A stretch of DNA of 64,000 bases from an uncultured Candidatus Saccharibacteria bacterium. Lineage in GTDB: Bacteria; Patescibacteriota; Saccharimonadia; Saccharimonadales; CAIOMD01. The translations under genes were made by a program, and so were the position numbers. Positions 20,238 through 29,430 of the stretch are shown here, piece by piece. The stretch lies in contig OY970318.1 in the NCBI GenBank assembly GCA_963716565.1, positions 64,830-128,829 of the forward strand. Direction: 5' to 3'. Positions within the stretch are counted from its first letter, which is position 1. Each line of letters opens with the position of its first letter. The notes beneath the pieces were generated by a model. It was not told the DNA's origin, searched no databases, and saw only the letters and a program-made list of their open reading frames with translations.

Positions 20238-20687
20238 ATGAGCAGAAGTATTGTTGCAGAACTAGCCGAAAACGAATTAATGGTGCATAACTTATACAGG
20301 CATTATGCTGAGTCGTTCCCTGACTTAGAAAGATTTTGGATCGAGATTGCCGAAGATGAAACAAAGCATTACAACGTGCTAAACGATCTAGACCAAATTG
20401 CCGAAAAGGGTGAAGTGCAAATTGAAAAAGATAGATTTAAGGTAGAAATGGTTGATTTTGTAAGGAAATATCTAGAAGAAAGGATCGCTGAACAAAATCC
20501 CAGCCAGCGCGCTGCGCTAGCTAATGCCATAAATATCGAAAGCTCTATGCTAGAAAAAGGTATTTTTACAATATTCCAAACCGATTCACCGGCTCTAAAA
20601 AACGCACTTGATATTCTACAAAAAGAGACCGAACAGCACCTAAAGGCCGTCCAGGCTAAGTACGAAGAACTATATCCTGGCCAATAA
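20238..20687 (+). CDS. Ferritin-like / rubrerythrin-like four-helix-bundle protein
   Basis: The EDETKHYNVL segment contains an ExxH-type metal-site motif. Helical composition and RBS AAGGGGGA. Confidence 0.45.
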   Translation: MSRSIVAELAENELMVHNLYRHYAESFPDLERFWIEIAEDETKHYNVLNDLDQIAEKGEVQIEKDRFKVEMVDFVRKYLEERIAEQNPSQRAALANAINIESSMLEKGIFTIFQTDSPALKNALDILQKETEQHLKAVQAKYEELYPGQ

Positions 20688-20761
20688 AACATTCCCTTCA
20701 TGGCTATTTGAAAGTGTTGTAAAAAGTAATATACTTGAGATTGGTAACGATTGGAGCTTAT

Positions 20762-21502
20762 ATGGCTTCCAAGCAAGCTATCATAAGTGTAAAAAACTTG
20801 GTAAAATACTTTCCACCCAATGTTAGGGCTGTTAAGGGTATAAGTTTTAACGTACATAAAAATGAAATATTTGGGTTGCTGGGCGCTAATGGTTCCGGCA
20901 AAACCACAACTTTAAGAATTTTAGCCACAATTCTAGAGCAGACTAAGGGTCGGGTAGATTACCGTGGCTTTGACCATGACCATCAGCGTATTCGCCACCT
21001 AATTGGCTATATTCCACAGCAAGATTTGTTATATGGCGATTTGAGCGTTATGAATAATGCCAAACTATTTGCCGATAGCTATAACTTTAGCCGCCTAGAG
21101 CGCAACAAAACTATTGCCGAAATGTTTGAACGTATGGAGTTAGTGGGCTACGAAAACCGCCTAGTAGGCGACTTGTCTGGTGGCTACAAAAAGCGCTTAT
21201 CAATTGCTATCGCCTTGTTGCACAAACCAAAAATCATTATTGCCGATGAAATCACCATTGGCTTAGATCCAGACTTACGCCAAAAAATCTGGGACTTACT
21301 GCTAGAACTCAAAAAAGATTCAACTATTATTTTTACCACTCATTATTTAGAAGAAGCCGAATTTTTATGCGACCGTATTGCCTTAATGAACTTGGGCGAA
21401 ATTGTAGCTTACGGTCAGCCCCAAACCATTATTAAACGTACCAATTCTAAGAACTTAAACGAAGTCTTTCACAAATTAATTACGGCTAAGGGCAAAGCAT
21501 GA
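20762..21502 (+). CDS. ABC transporter ATP-binding protein
   Basis: Walker A GANGSGKTT, signature LSGGYKKRL, Walker B IIIADE. ATG 20762 (MASKQ), after GGAG, is preferred over the track start at 20735. Confidence 0.9.
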   Translation: MASKQAIISVKNLVKYFPPNVRAVKGISFNVHKNEIFGLLGANGSGKTTTLRILATILEQTKGRVDYRGFDHDHQRIRHLIGYIPQQDLLYGDLSVMNNAKLFADSYNFSRLERNKTIAEMFERMELVGYENRLVGDLSGGYKKRLSIAIALLHKPKIIIADEITIGLDPDLRQKIWDLLLELKKDSTIIFTTHYLEEAEFLCDRIALMNLGEIVAYGQPQTIIKRTNSKNLNEVFHKLITAKGKA

Positions 21503-22647
21503 ACACGTTATTCGATTACATTCGCTTCGAGCTAAAGCGCTTTTTTAGTAACAAGCGCTTGGCGGTAGTCTTTTTTATTGGGCCAATGTTAGCCAGCGCT
21601 GTCTTTGCGCTAATTACCTATCAATCGCCGTCGTCTATTAGGGTTGGTTTGGGCATAAAAAATCAAAATGCCTTAAGCCAGCAATTGGCCGATAGTATTA
21701 AACAAAATAAAACGTTTGTAATATCCGATTTATCTAGCGAGGCCGAAGGCCTGCAGCAATTTAGAACTGGCCAGATCAAATCGTTTGTTGTGGTTGATGT
21801 TAATGATAACCAGGGTTCGGTAACCTTAACTGGCGACCCTAGGTACCCTGAGGTGCAGGGGATTGTTCGCGAACAACTGAGTTTTGCTATTAAAGATATT
21901 TTGGTGCAAAACTCCATAAGCTATAACACTCAAAAGATCAGCCAAGATCTACTCAATAGCAACATCGACCCAACCAATATTTTAGGAAGTATCCAAATTG
22001 AAACCGAACCAGTCGGCTTTAGTAGTAGCGATTATGCACCAAAGCCAACCAAATATATCGACTTAGTAGCATCAGGCATGATTGCCCTAGTTGTGGTGCT
22101 GATATTTTTGCTAAAAGCGGCCACTTCTTTGAGCCAAGACCGCGAAAACGGGGTTTTGGAGCGCCTGTTTTCTACTCCAGCGTCTAGGCGCAAGTTAATG
22201 ATGGGTAAAATTATCGCCAATGTAATTATTGGTCTTATATCGGTAATTGTAATAGTTTTGATGCTAAGGTTTGGTTTTGGGGCAGCTATGGGCAACGGTG
22301 CTATTGTGCTATTGGTGGCCTTTTTAACAGCTATCGTTTCGGTAACCATGGGCATTCTAATTTCGGCCATAGTAAAAGACTTAACGGCTACCATTCAGTT
22401 TGCTTTTTATGCATTTTTTATGATGGTACTCACCAGCGAGTTCTTTTTTGCTCGCGAAAACATCCAGCAATATTTTCAGTGGATAAGCTACGCCAACCCG
22501 CTGACTTACGCCATTTCGGCTTTGCGAAAAGTTAATTTATTTAACTGGGGTATGCAAGACATCTGGCGGGAGCTAGTAGCCTTATCGGTCTTTGCAGTAG
22601 CTTATACGGTAGTCGCCATTCTGCTTATTGAACGCGAATCCAAGTAA
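21499..22647 (+). CDS. ABC-2 type transporter permease
   Basis: ATGA overlap with the ATPase gene. One N-terminal TM, a large extracytoplasmic loop and a C-terminal 5-TM bundle, which is typical ABC-2 topology. Confidence 0.8.
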   Translation: MNTLFDYIRFELKRFFSNKRLAVVFFIGPMLASAVFALITYQSPSSIRVGLGIKNQNALSQQLADSIKQNKTFVISDLSSEAEGLQQFRTGQIKSFVVVDVNDNQGSVTLTGDPRYPEVQGIVREQLSFAIKDILVQNSISYNTQKISQDLLNSNIDPTNILGSIQIETEPVGFSSSDYAPKPTKYIDLVASGMIALVVVLIFLLKAATSLSQDRENGVLERLFSTPASRRKLMMGKIIANVIIGLISVIVIVLMLRFGFGAAMGNGAIVLLVAFLTAIVSVTMGILISAIVKDLTATIQFAFYAFFMMVLTSEFFFARENIQQYFQWISYANPLTYAISALRKVNLFNWGMQDIWRELVALSVFAVAYTVVAILLIERESK

Positions 22648-22678
22648 CATAAGTCTCTCTTTACGGTACAATATAGGC

Positions 22679-23548
22679 ATGGTAAAAAAGCAAAAAATTA
22701 CATGGCAACAATATATTGCCGTGGCCATCGCTGTAATTGCGGTGTTGTTCTTTGGCGGTTGGTACTTTTTTAATCAAGTCTATTTAAAACCCGAAAATGT
22801 TTTTTGGTCTATGCTAGACCGCAATCTAAAAACGGGTTCCATTACAAAAACTTACCAAGAAAGCAGCGATACTGGCAGCTACGAATTAGTTACAAAACTG
22901 CAACTTAAGGGCCAGCTGGCTAGCCAAACTGCCGTAACCATAAAAGATGTCGATAGTACTTACGTAACCGATACCATTGGTACCCCTACGCAGGATTATT
23001 TAAGATACAGCCAGATTTCATCGGCCGTTGCACCAGCTACTCAAAACGGCATAAACGTCTGGGCTGTTAATGCAGCCAGCGACACTCAGCCGGCTCAGGT
23101 ATTTTTGAACGAGTTACTATCTAGCCCGATGATATTTGGGTACTTAAATCATAATCAGCGCACAGATATTATTAAACAAATGCGCAATAACAGTGTATTC
23201 GACGTTGATTTTAGCAGTGTTAATACTACTGCCACCGTCGGCAACAAAAAAGTGTACAGTTACGATGTAACAATTAATCTAGCCGGTTACTTGCCAATCT
23301 ACCAAACCTATTTAAGAGCCATGGGCCAGAACGACATAGCCGACCAAATTGGTAGCGCGGCACCGGGCTCAACTCTATCGGTAAAATTATTTGTTGAACC
23401 AGCTAGCCGTCATTTGCTACAACTAACAATGAACAGCAATGACCAAACAGTTACTTTTAGCAACTTTGACACAACTGCCACGATTGAACTACCAAAAGAT
23501 GCTAACCTCAGCATTGAAGAACTGCAAGCTTTAATATCGGAGCAGTAA
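22679..23548 (+). CDS. Membrane-anchored hypothetical protein
   Basis: A single N-terminal TM (IAVAIAVIAVLFFGGWYFF). ATG 22679 is preferred over the track start at 22628. Confidence 0.45.
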   Translation: MVKKQKITWQQYIAVAIAVIAVLFFGGWYFFNQVYLKPENVFWSMLDRNLKTGSITKTYQESSDTGSYELVTKLQLKGQLASQTAVTIKDVDSTYVTDTIGTPTQDYLRYSQISSAVAPATQNGINVWAVNAASDTQPAQVFLNELLSSPMIFGYLNHNQRTDIIKQMRNNSVFDVDFSSVNTTATVGNKKVYSYDVTINLAGYLPIYQTYLRAMGQNDIADQIGSAAPGSTLSVKLFVEPASRHLLQLTMNSNDQTVTFSNFDTTATIELPKDANLSIEELQALISEQ

Positions 23549-23550
23549 TC

Positions 23551-24303
23551 ATGCAAGCTATAGTAGATTCTTTGCTGACCAATTACCAAATGGATGGCAA
23601 GGGCAAGGCGGTACTTCTTGTACATGGCTGGGCGGATAGCCTTGTAACGTTTAAAGAGTTAAAAAAGCAACTAAGCAAAAAGTACAAAGTTATTGCCTTG
23701 GATTTGCCAGGCTTTGGCAACACAAGTGCGCCTGCCGAAGCGTGGGATCTTGATAATTACGCTACTTTTATTAGAGCATTCCTCAAAAAAATCGGTGAAG
23801 AAAATATATATGCTTTTGTTGGCCATTCCAACGGTGGTGCAATTTTAATGCGGGGCATTAGCCAGGGCGTTTTTAAATCAGAAAAACTAGTGTTACTAGC
23901 GTCTGCTGGAATCCGGTCAGAAGATAAAGCTCGCAAGACTTTTATGAATATTGGGGCCAAAGTCGCCAAAGTCATTACTGCACCGTTACCCAAAAACGCT
24001 AAGCTAAAATTACGAAAAAAGGCCTATGGTGCCATAGGCTCAGAATTGTTTGCTGCCGAACATCTGCAAGAAACTTTTAAAAAGGTAGTTTCGGCTGATG
24101 TGCAAAGCGACGCAACTCATGTAAAAATTCCCACACTACTTATTTATGGCAACAAAGATACATCAACCCCTGCGCGTTATGGCGAAAAACTTAAGGGCTT
24201 AATACCTAATTCTCGGCTAGAAATAATAGAGGGGGTTGGGCACTTTGTTCATCACGATGCCCAGCAGCAAGTAGATAATTTAATGGCGGAGTTCTTGCAA
24301 TGA
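23551..24303 (+). CDS. Alpha/beta hydrolase
   Basis: HG oxyanion motif (LLVHGWAD), nucleophile elbow GHSNGG, and C-terminal His (GHFVHHD). Confidence 0.8.
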   Translation: MQAIVDSLLTNYQMDGKGKAVLLVHGWADSLVTFKELKKQLSKKYKVIALDLPGFGNTSAPAEAWDLDNYATFIRAFLKKIGEENIYAFVGHSNGGAILMRGISQGVFKSEKLVLLASAGIRSEDKARKTFMNIGAKVAKVITAPLPKNAKLKLRKKAYGAIGSELFAAEHLQETFKKVVSADVQSDATHVKIPTLLIYGNKDTSTPARYGEKLKGLIPNSRLEIIEGVGHFVHHDAQQQVDNLMAEFLQ

Positions 24304-25727
24304 TAAAGGGAATACTCAGCTTTTTTAGTTGGCGCTATCCGGCAACTCTTGTATACATGTTGCAAAACACCGAATATAAAGCAGGGCCTTATTTTGCCTG
24401 GTTTTTAAGAACGAAGAATTTTAATAATGTAGCCAAGCGTAGGGTCTTGCAGCGCACCAAGGCTGCCAAGCTGTTGCTGTTCTCAGTTTATGCCGGAATT
24501 TTATTACAAATTGCTGCCGGTATTCTTCTTATTTGTTCAAGTATAGTTGGCGGCGTATATTTTGGCATTGCTCTAATTGTTTCTTACCCTGTTGTCTGGG
24601 CTTTTTTGCTGGCTGTGCCGCTATTTCTTGGCCGCTGGTTAATTATCGTCCCAACAGAACACCGGCAGATTAGGGCGTCTGTTAATACATTTAAAGAACA
24701 CAAAGGAACAATCATTGCTGTGGCTGGTAGTTTTGGTAAAACTACCATGAAGGATCTTTTGCGAACAGTCCTTTCTGAAGGCAAAAAAGTTGCCGCTACC
24801 CCAGGCAATAAGAATGTGGCTAGCTCGCATGCTAAATTTGCTAAACAACTTAGCGGAGATGAAGAGGTTGTGATTGTCGAGTTCGGCGAAGGCAAGCCAG
24901 GCGACATTAGAAAATTTACTGCCACGGTCAAGCCCAATATGGCAGTAATAACTGGCATTGCGCCGGCTCATTTAGACAAGTACAAAACAATCAAAGCAGT
25001 TGCCCAAGACATGTTAGATTTAGTTCATTCGCTACCAGCCAATCAAGTTTACGTTAACGATGAGAGCGATTATATCAAGGAGCATATTCCGGGAAAGGTT
25101 GTACGATACTCCAGCAAAGGCGTAGGTGATTGGCGGGTAAAAGACATCGACTGCCAAGTGGATGGCTTAGAATTTTCGGCTAGCTATAAAGGCAAAGAAA
25201 TAAAGTTTGCAAGCAAGTTACTTGGGCGTCACCAAGTTGGTTCGCTAATGGGCGTAATTGCTGTAGCCACCGATCTTGGTCTGAGCCTAGACGACATCAA
25301 ACGAGGAGTAGCCAAAACTCAGCCATTCGAGCACCGTATGCAACCTTATCAATTAGCTGGCGCTTGGGTAATTGATGACACCTATAACGGCAATATTGAA
25401 GGCATCAAAGCAGGGCTGGCGTTGCTAAAAGAGCTACCCGCTAAACGTAAGTTATACGTTACTCCAGGGCTAGTCGAGCAAGGAGCGGACTCGGCTAAGA
25501 TACACCAAGAGCTGGGCCGAGAAATAGCTAAAAGCGCTCCCGATATTGTTGTTCTTATGCAGAACTCTACAACCGAAGACATATTATCTGGGATGAAAGT
25601 AAATAAATATGGGGGAGAAATTATCATCCAAAACAATCCCTTGCAGTTTTATTCTAATCTTGATCAATTTGTTGCGGTCGGCGATGTCGTTTTAATGCAG
25701 AACGACTGGACCGATAACTACGCTTAA
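24300..25727 (+). CDS. Mur ligase family protein (MurF-like) with an N-terminal transmembrane extension
   Basis: ATP-binding motif AGSFGKTTMKDLL plus the Mur ligase middle and C-terminal regions. About 110 N-terminal residues contain 2-3 hydrophobic helices. Confidence 0.7.
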   Translation: MIKGILSFFSWRYPATLVYMLQNTEYKAGPYFAWFLRTKNFNNVAKRRVLQRTKAAKLLLFSVYAGILLQIAAGILLICSSIVGGVYFGIALIVSYPVVWAFLLAVPLFLGRWLIIVPTEHRQIRASVNTFKEHKGTIIAVAGSFGKTTMKDLLRTVLSEGKKVAATPGNKNVASSHAKFAKQLSGDEEVVIVEFGEGKPGDIRKFTATVKPNMAVITGIAPAHLDKYKTIKAVAQDMLDLVHSLPANQVYVNDESDYIKEHIPGKVVRYSSKGVGDWRVKDIDCQVDGLEFSASYKGKEIKFASKLLGRHQVGSLMGVIAVATDLGLSLDDIKRGVAKTQPFEHRMQPYQLAGAWVIDDTYNGNIEGIKAGLALLKELPAKRKLYVTPGLVEQGADSAKIHQELGREIAKSAPDIVVLMQNSTTEDILSGMKVNKYGGEIIIQNNPLQFYSNLDQFVAVGDVVLMQNDWTDNYA

Positions 25728-25764
25728 GCCTAGCGGGTCATAATAGCTGGTATACTTTAGTAGT

Positions 25765-26919
25765 ATGAAAAAACCAACCATAGCCGTTATTTTTGGCTCG
25801 CGTTCGGCCGAGCACGATGTATCAATAATTACCGCTATCGCTGCGGTCATCAAGCCTCTGGAATTAACCAAAAAATACGAGGTTGTGCCGATTTATATTG
25901 CTAAAGACGGTAAATGGTATTGCGATAACAAGCTAAAAGATATTAAGCTCTATACCTCGGGCAAAATTGAAGAGTTCTTGCGTAAGAATAAGCCAATTTC
26001 TATCCAATTTAATGACGGGTTAATAATTCAGAAGCCTGGGCTAAAAACCACCAATATTCGTATTGATGTTGCTTTCCCGGCTACTCATGGTACTCACGGC
26101 GAAGACGGTGAGCTCATGGCGGTTCTAGAGATGGCCAATGTGCCATATGTAGGTTGTGATGTGCCTGCCAGCGCAGTTTCTATGGACAAAGTTTTGTCTA
26201 AAATCGTGGCTGCTAACGCTGGAGTACCAACCAGTAGATATGAATGGTTCTATGCTTACGAATTTGCTCAAAATCCAGATAAAATAATGAAAAGCCTACA
26301 AAAATTAAACTTCCCATTGTTTGTTAAACCACCACACTTAGGTTCCAGCATTGGCATTACAAAAGTGTCGTCTGAAGTTGAGCTAAAAAACGCCGTTGAA
26401 GTCGCTACTTTCTATGATGATAAAGTTCTGGTTGAAGAAGCTGTTGGTAATTTAATAGAAGTCACCGTACCAATGATGGGTAATCAAGAGCCTGTTGTGG
26501 CGATGGTAGAAAAGCCGCTATTAAAAACCGAAGACTTTTTTGATTTCGAAACCAAATATATGCAGGGTGGCAAAAAAGGCAAAGGTGGCAAGCAGGGTGC
26601 CCAAGGCTATAGCCAAATTCCGGCCGAACTGCCCAGCGGGCTTTATCAAGCATCTGTGGATACTGCCTCAAAAGTTTATCAAGCGTTGGGCTGTTGTGGC
26701 ATTGCTCGGGTAGATTTATTGATCAATAGCAAGTCTAACACGGTTTATTTTAATGAAGTTAACCCGCTACCAGGTGATCTATATGCCCATAACTGGCGTG
26801 CGGCCGGTGTATCCAATGTGGAACTTGTTACAAAATTAGTAGACTTAGCCTTAGAGCGCTACCAAGCAAGACAAAAATTAAGCACCACATTTTCTACCAA
26901 CTATCTCCGGCAGTTCTAG
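25765..26919 (+). CDS. ddl: D-alanine--D-alanine ligase
   Basis: ATP-grasp layout: IAVIFGSRSAEHDVSI, HGTHGEDGELMAVLE, FVKPPHLGSSIGI, EVNPLPG. Confidence 0.9.
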   Translation: MKKPTIAVIFGSRSAEHDVSIITAIAAVIKPLELTKKYEVVPIYIAKDGKWYCDNKLKDIKLYTSGKIEEFLRKNKPISIQFNDGLIIQKPGLKTTNIRIDVAFPATHGTHGEDGELMAVLEMANVPYVGCDVPASAVSMDKVLSKIVAANAGVPTSRYEWFYAYEFAQNPDKIMKSLQKLNFPLFVKPPHLGSSIGITKVSSEVELKNAVEVATFYDDKVLVEEAVGNLIEVTVPMMGNQEPVVAMVEKPLLKTEDFFDFETKYMQGGKKGKGGKQGAQGYSQIPAELPSGLYQASVDTASKVYQALGCCGIARVDLLINSKSNTVYFNEVNPLPGDLYAHNWRAAGVSNVELVTKLVDLALERYQARQKLSTTFSTNYLRQF

Positions 26920-26922
26920 AAA

Positions 26923-27420
26923 ATGGATAGGTTCCAAAGCATAAAAGCAGCCATTCCGGACGCTGTAATTAATCTGCGATATGCCTCCAGCGATAACTTT
27001 GCTCACAAAAAACTTTACCCGGCTAATTTTGCGGCCAAATTAGACAGAAAAGCTCTAAGAGCGCTCACCGAAGCAGCAAAACACTTTAGGCGGCTGGGCT
27101 TAAGGCTAGTTATTTGGGATGGTTTGCGTTTACCCGAAGTCCAAGATTATTTTTTGCAGTCTATAAATGATCACAGATATGTTCGCAAAAACTCTTTGCA
27201 TCTTAAGGGATTGGCGGTTGATATTACGCTAATAGACAGCGATAACAACGAGCTAGACATGGGCACAGATTTTGATGATTTTAGTGAAAAAGCCCACGTT
27301 GACTCTGATGACATTGACCAACAGGCCCAGAAAAATCGTTTACTACTAGTAAAAACAATGCGCGAAGCAGGGTTTGAGCAATGGCCGTACGAGTGGTGGC
27401 ACTTTGACTACTTGGGATAG
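26923..27420 (+). CDS. D-alanyl-D-alanine dipeptidase (VanX/DdpX-like, peptidase M15)
   Basis: SLHLKGLAVDITL (H...D zinc ligands) and C-terminal EWWHFDY, both characteristic of the family. Confidence 0.75.
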   Translation: MDRFQSIKAAIPDAVINLRYASSDNFAHKKLYPANFAAKLDRKALRALTEAAKHFRRLGLRLVIWDGLRLPEVQDYFLQSINDHRYVRKNSLHLKGLAVDITLIDSDNNELDMGTDFDDFSEKAHVDSDDIDQQAQKNRLLLVKTMREAGFEQWPYEWWHFDYLG

Positions 27421-27520
27421 GCCAACTGCCTGCTTGTGTAATTTATAAGTCTAGTCAAATATTTTTGAGTCAAAACGGCTGCACTTTCAGATTAGCTGGG
27501 GCTTTTTCATACTCTTAAGT

Positions 27521-28702
27521 ATGGAAACCTTAGTCAGCCCCGAAGAAGAAAGAGCCAGATTGCTCGAGGAGGTTTTTAAAAGGCCAATTGTTATTGGCGT
27601 GGAAGGTGGTCCATGTAGTGGCAAAACCACTTTTGTAGAGTCGCTTAAAAATGTACAAGGCGATAGACCGATTATAATCTTGCCAGAAACTGCCACTCTT
27701 ATTGCCCAAGGCTACCGTGATATGGGTTTAGAAATCTTGGATAAATCGGTTACAGGCAATAAAGGTAGCGCATCTGTAACCATGAGGCAGTTTGCAACCG
27801 AATGCCTAACTGGATCTTTAAGGCAGATACAAGATGCCAAAAGCGCATATTATGGAACTGGTGCCGTGATTGTAGCCGATCGAGTTGATTGCGGAGATTG
27901 CTACATAGATGATGGTGATTATCAAAATATCTGCAGGCAGTTTGGCGTCCATCATAGGTCAAGCTATGATTTGATAGATAAAATATTATACTTTCCAACC
28001 ATTGCCCATAAAGACGTTGGCGCTTATGAACGTTTAAAAGCAACTAACCCAATTCGTCGCGAAACGGCCCAGCAGGCTATCGCAGCTTGCGATAGCACAT
28101 TCGAGGCAGTTAAGGATTGCCCAGAATTGCACTACATCGATTTAGGTGATTTTGAATCTAGCCTTGAGGCAGCCACACAATACGTCCTAAATCCAGAAAA
28201 AGAACATGAAAAAGGCGGCTATTTAACATCAGACACAGCACAAGAACTAAGAGCTAAGCTACATTATAGCCGCCGACTAGGCCGTAGTTATATTAAGCAG
28301 TCTTATCATACAGTTGCCGGTGTAGGTTATAGGGTCAGAGAAGAAACGACAGACAGGTTCACTTTTCCGCCCCGCCAAGTCGTAACAGTAAAAGATCCAA
28401 AAGATTTTATCGAAAAACAAAGGTTGATAACCTGGAACGAGGCTGTTACGTTAAAACGTGAACCGGAATGTTGCTTGGCAAAAGTCAGGGAAAGGTATTT
28501 ATATACCGACCCAGAAACTGGCGCAACCGATGTTTGGTGTTTAGACGAGATAAAGGTGGGTAATAATAACACTGTTTGGGCTTTTGAAGTTGAACGTCAC
28601 AGTCAAGAGGCTCTGCAATCAGTGCGTCCACCAGTTGAACGTTATCTAGACAAGTTTTGTTCTAATCACGGTCTTGCCAGGCTGGCGCTTATGTTTTGCT
28701 GA
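27521..28702 (+). CDS. P-loop ATPase (AAA_28/NadR-kinase-like) fused to a CYTH-like (triphosphate tunnel) domain
   Basis: Walker A GGPCSGKTTF and ILPETAT. The C-terminal half has a CYTH-like alternating pattern (EHEKGGYL, IKQSYHT, YRVREE, VTVKDP, KVRERY, WAFEVE). Confidence 0.5.
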   Translation: METLVSPEEERARLLEEVFKRPIVIGVEGGPCSGKTTFVESLKNVQGDRPIIILPETATLIAQGYRDMGLEILDKSVTGNKGSASVTMRQFATECLTGSLRQIQDAKSAYYGTGAVIVADRVDCGDCYIDDGDYQNICRQFGVHHRSSYDLIDKILYFPTIAHKDVGAYERLKATNPIRRETAQQAIAACDSTFEAVKDCPELHYIDLGDFESSLEAATQYVLNPEKEHEKGGYLTSDTAQELRAKLHYSRRLGRSYIKQSYHTVAGVGYRVREETTDRFTFPPRQVVTVKDPKDFIEKQRLITWNEAVTLKREPECCLAKVRERYLYTDPETGATDVWCLDEIKVGNNNTVWAFEVERHSQEALQSVRPPVERYLDKFCSNHGLARLALMFC

Positions 28703-28725
28703 GTTATAGGGTTTATACTAGGGGT

Positions 28726-29409
28726 ATGGTTAATAGCATCGAACACCACATCCAAAGGGATATATTAAGCAAACTTTGTTTTAGCGAAACTATTCGGTTT
28801 TCGAGCCTAAAGCCCCAGGGGCTCGAAAGTAATATTTTTATGTATCACTTAAAGCAGTTAATTAAAGCCGGCTTGGTCGCTAAGAACGTTGGTGGTTCAT
28901 ACGAGTTAACGCCACAGGGTTTAGCTTATGCCGACAAACTTAGCTTTTCTACTAAGCGGTTGGCCGTTCAGCCCAAAATCGTTATCTATTTACACATTAC
29001 AGACCAAGAAGGGGCACAGCTTTTTTGGCGGCGTAAAATTCAGCCTTCGATCGACCAAGTTGGTGTGCCGATTGGTAAAATGCACTACGGGGAAGACGGT
29101 AGCGTGGGTGCTAGCCGAGAATTGTTAGAAAAAACCGGCCTAAAAAACGTTAAATTAGATTATCGAGGCACTGCCAACCTAAGGTTCTACACTCAAAATA
29201 TATTAATTAGCAACATCATATGTTTAGTTTTTGTAGGCCAAGTTAATACAATCCAACCCAAGTTAATCAGCGGGGAACTGGGTGAAGTTTTTTGGGCAGA
29301 CAAAGCAAAAATTAATAACCTATTGCCATCAGTTCCGTTTATGAACGAAAAAATAAAAGCCAGCCAAGACAAATACTTTTTTGCCGAAAAGTCGTTTTAT
29401 CTTGAGTAG
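28726..29409 (+). CDS. Winged-HTH domain fused to a C-terminal Nudix domain (putative ligand-sensing regulator)
   Basis: The wHTH-like segment is IQRDILSKLCFSETIRFSSLKP...FMYHLKQLIKAGLV. The Nudix box is GKMHYGEDGSVGASRELLEKTGL. ATG 28726 is preferred over the track start at 28696. Confidence 0.55.
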   Translation: MVNSIEHHIQRDILSKLCFSETIRFSSLKPQGLESNIFMYHLKQLIKAGLVAKNVGGSYELTPQGLAYADKLSFSTKRLAVQPKIVIYLHITDQEGAQLFWRRKIQPSIDQVGVPIGKMHYGEDGSVGASRELLEKTGLKNVKLDYRGTANLRFYTQNILISNIICLVFVGQVNTIQPKLISGELGEVFWADKAKINNLLPSVPFMNEKIKASQDKYFFAEKSFYLE

Positions 29410-29430
29410 CCCCTGTATAATATAAAACTA

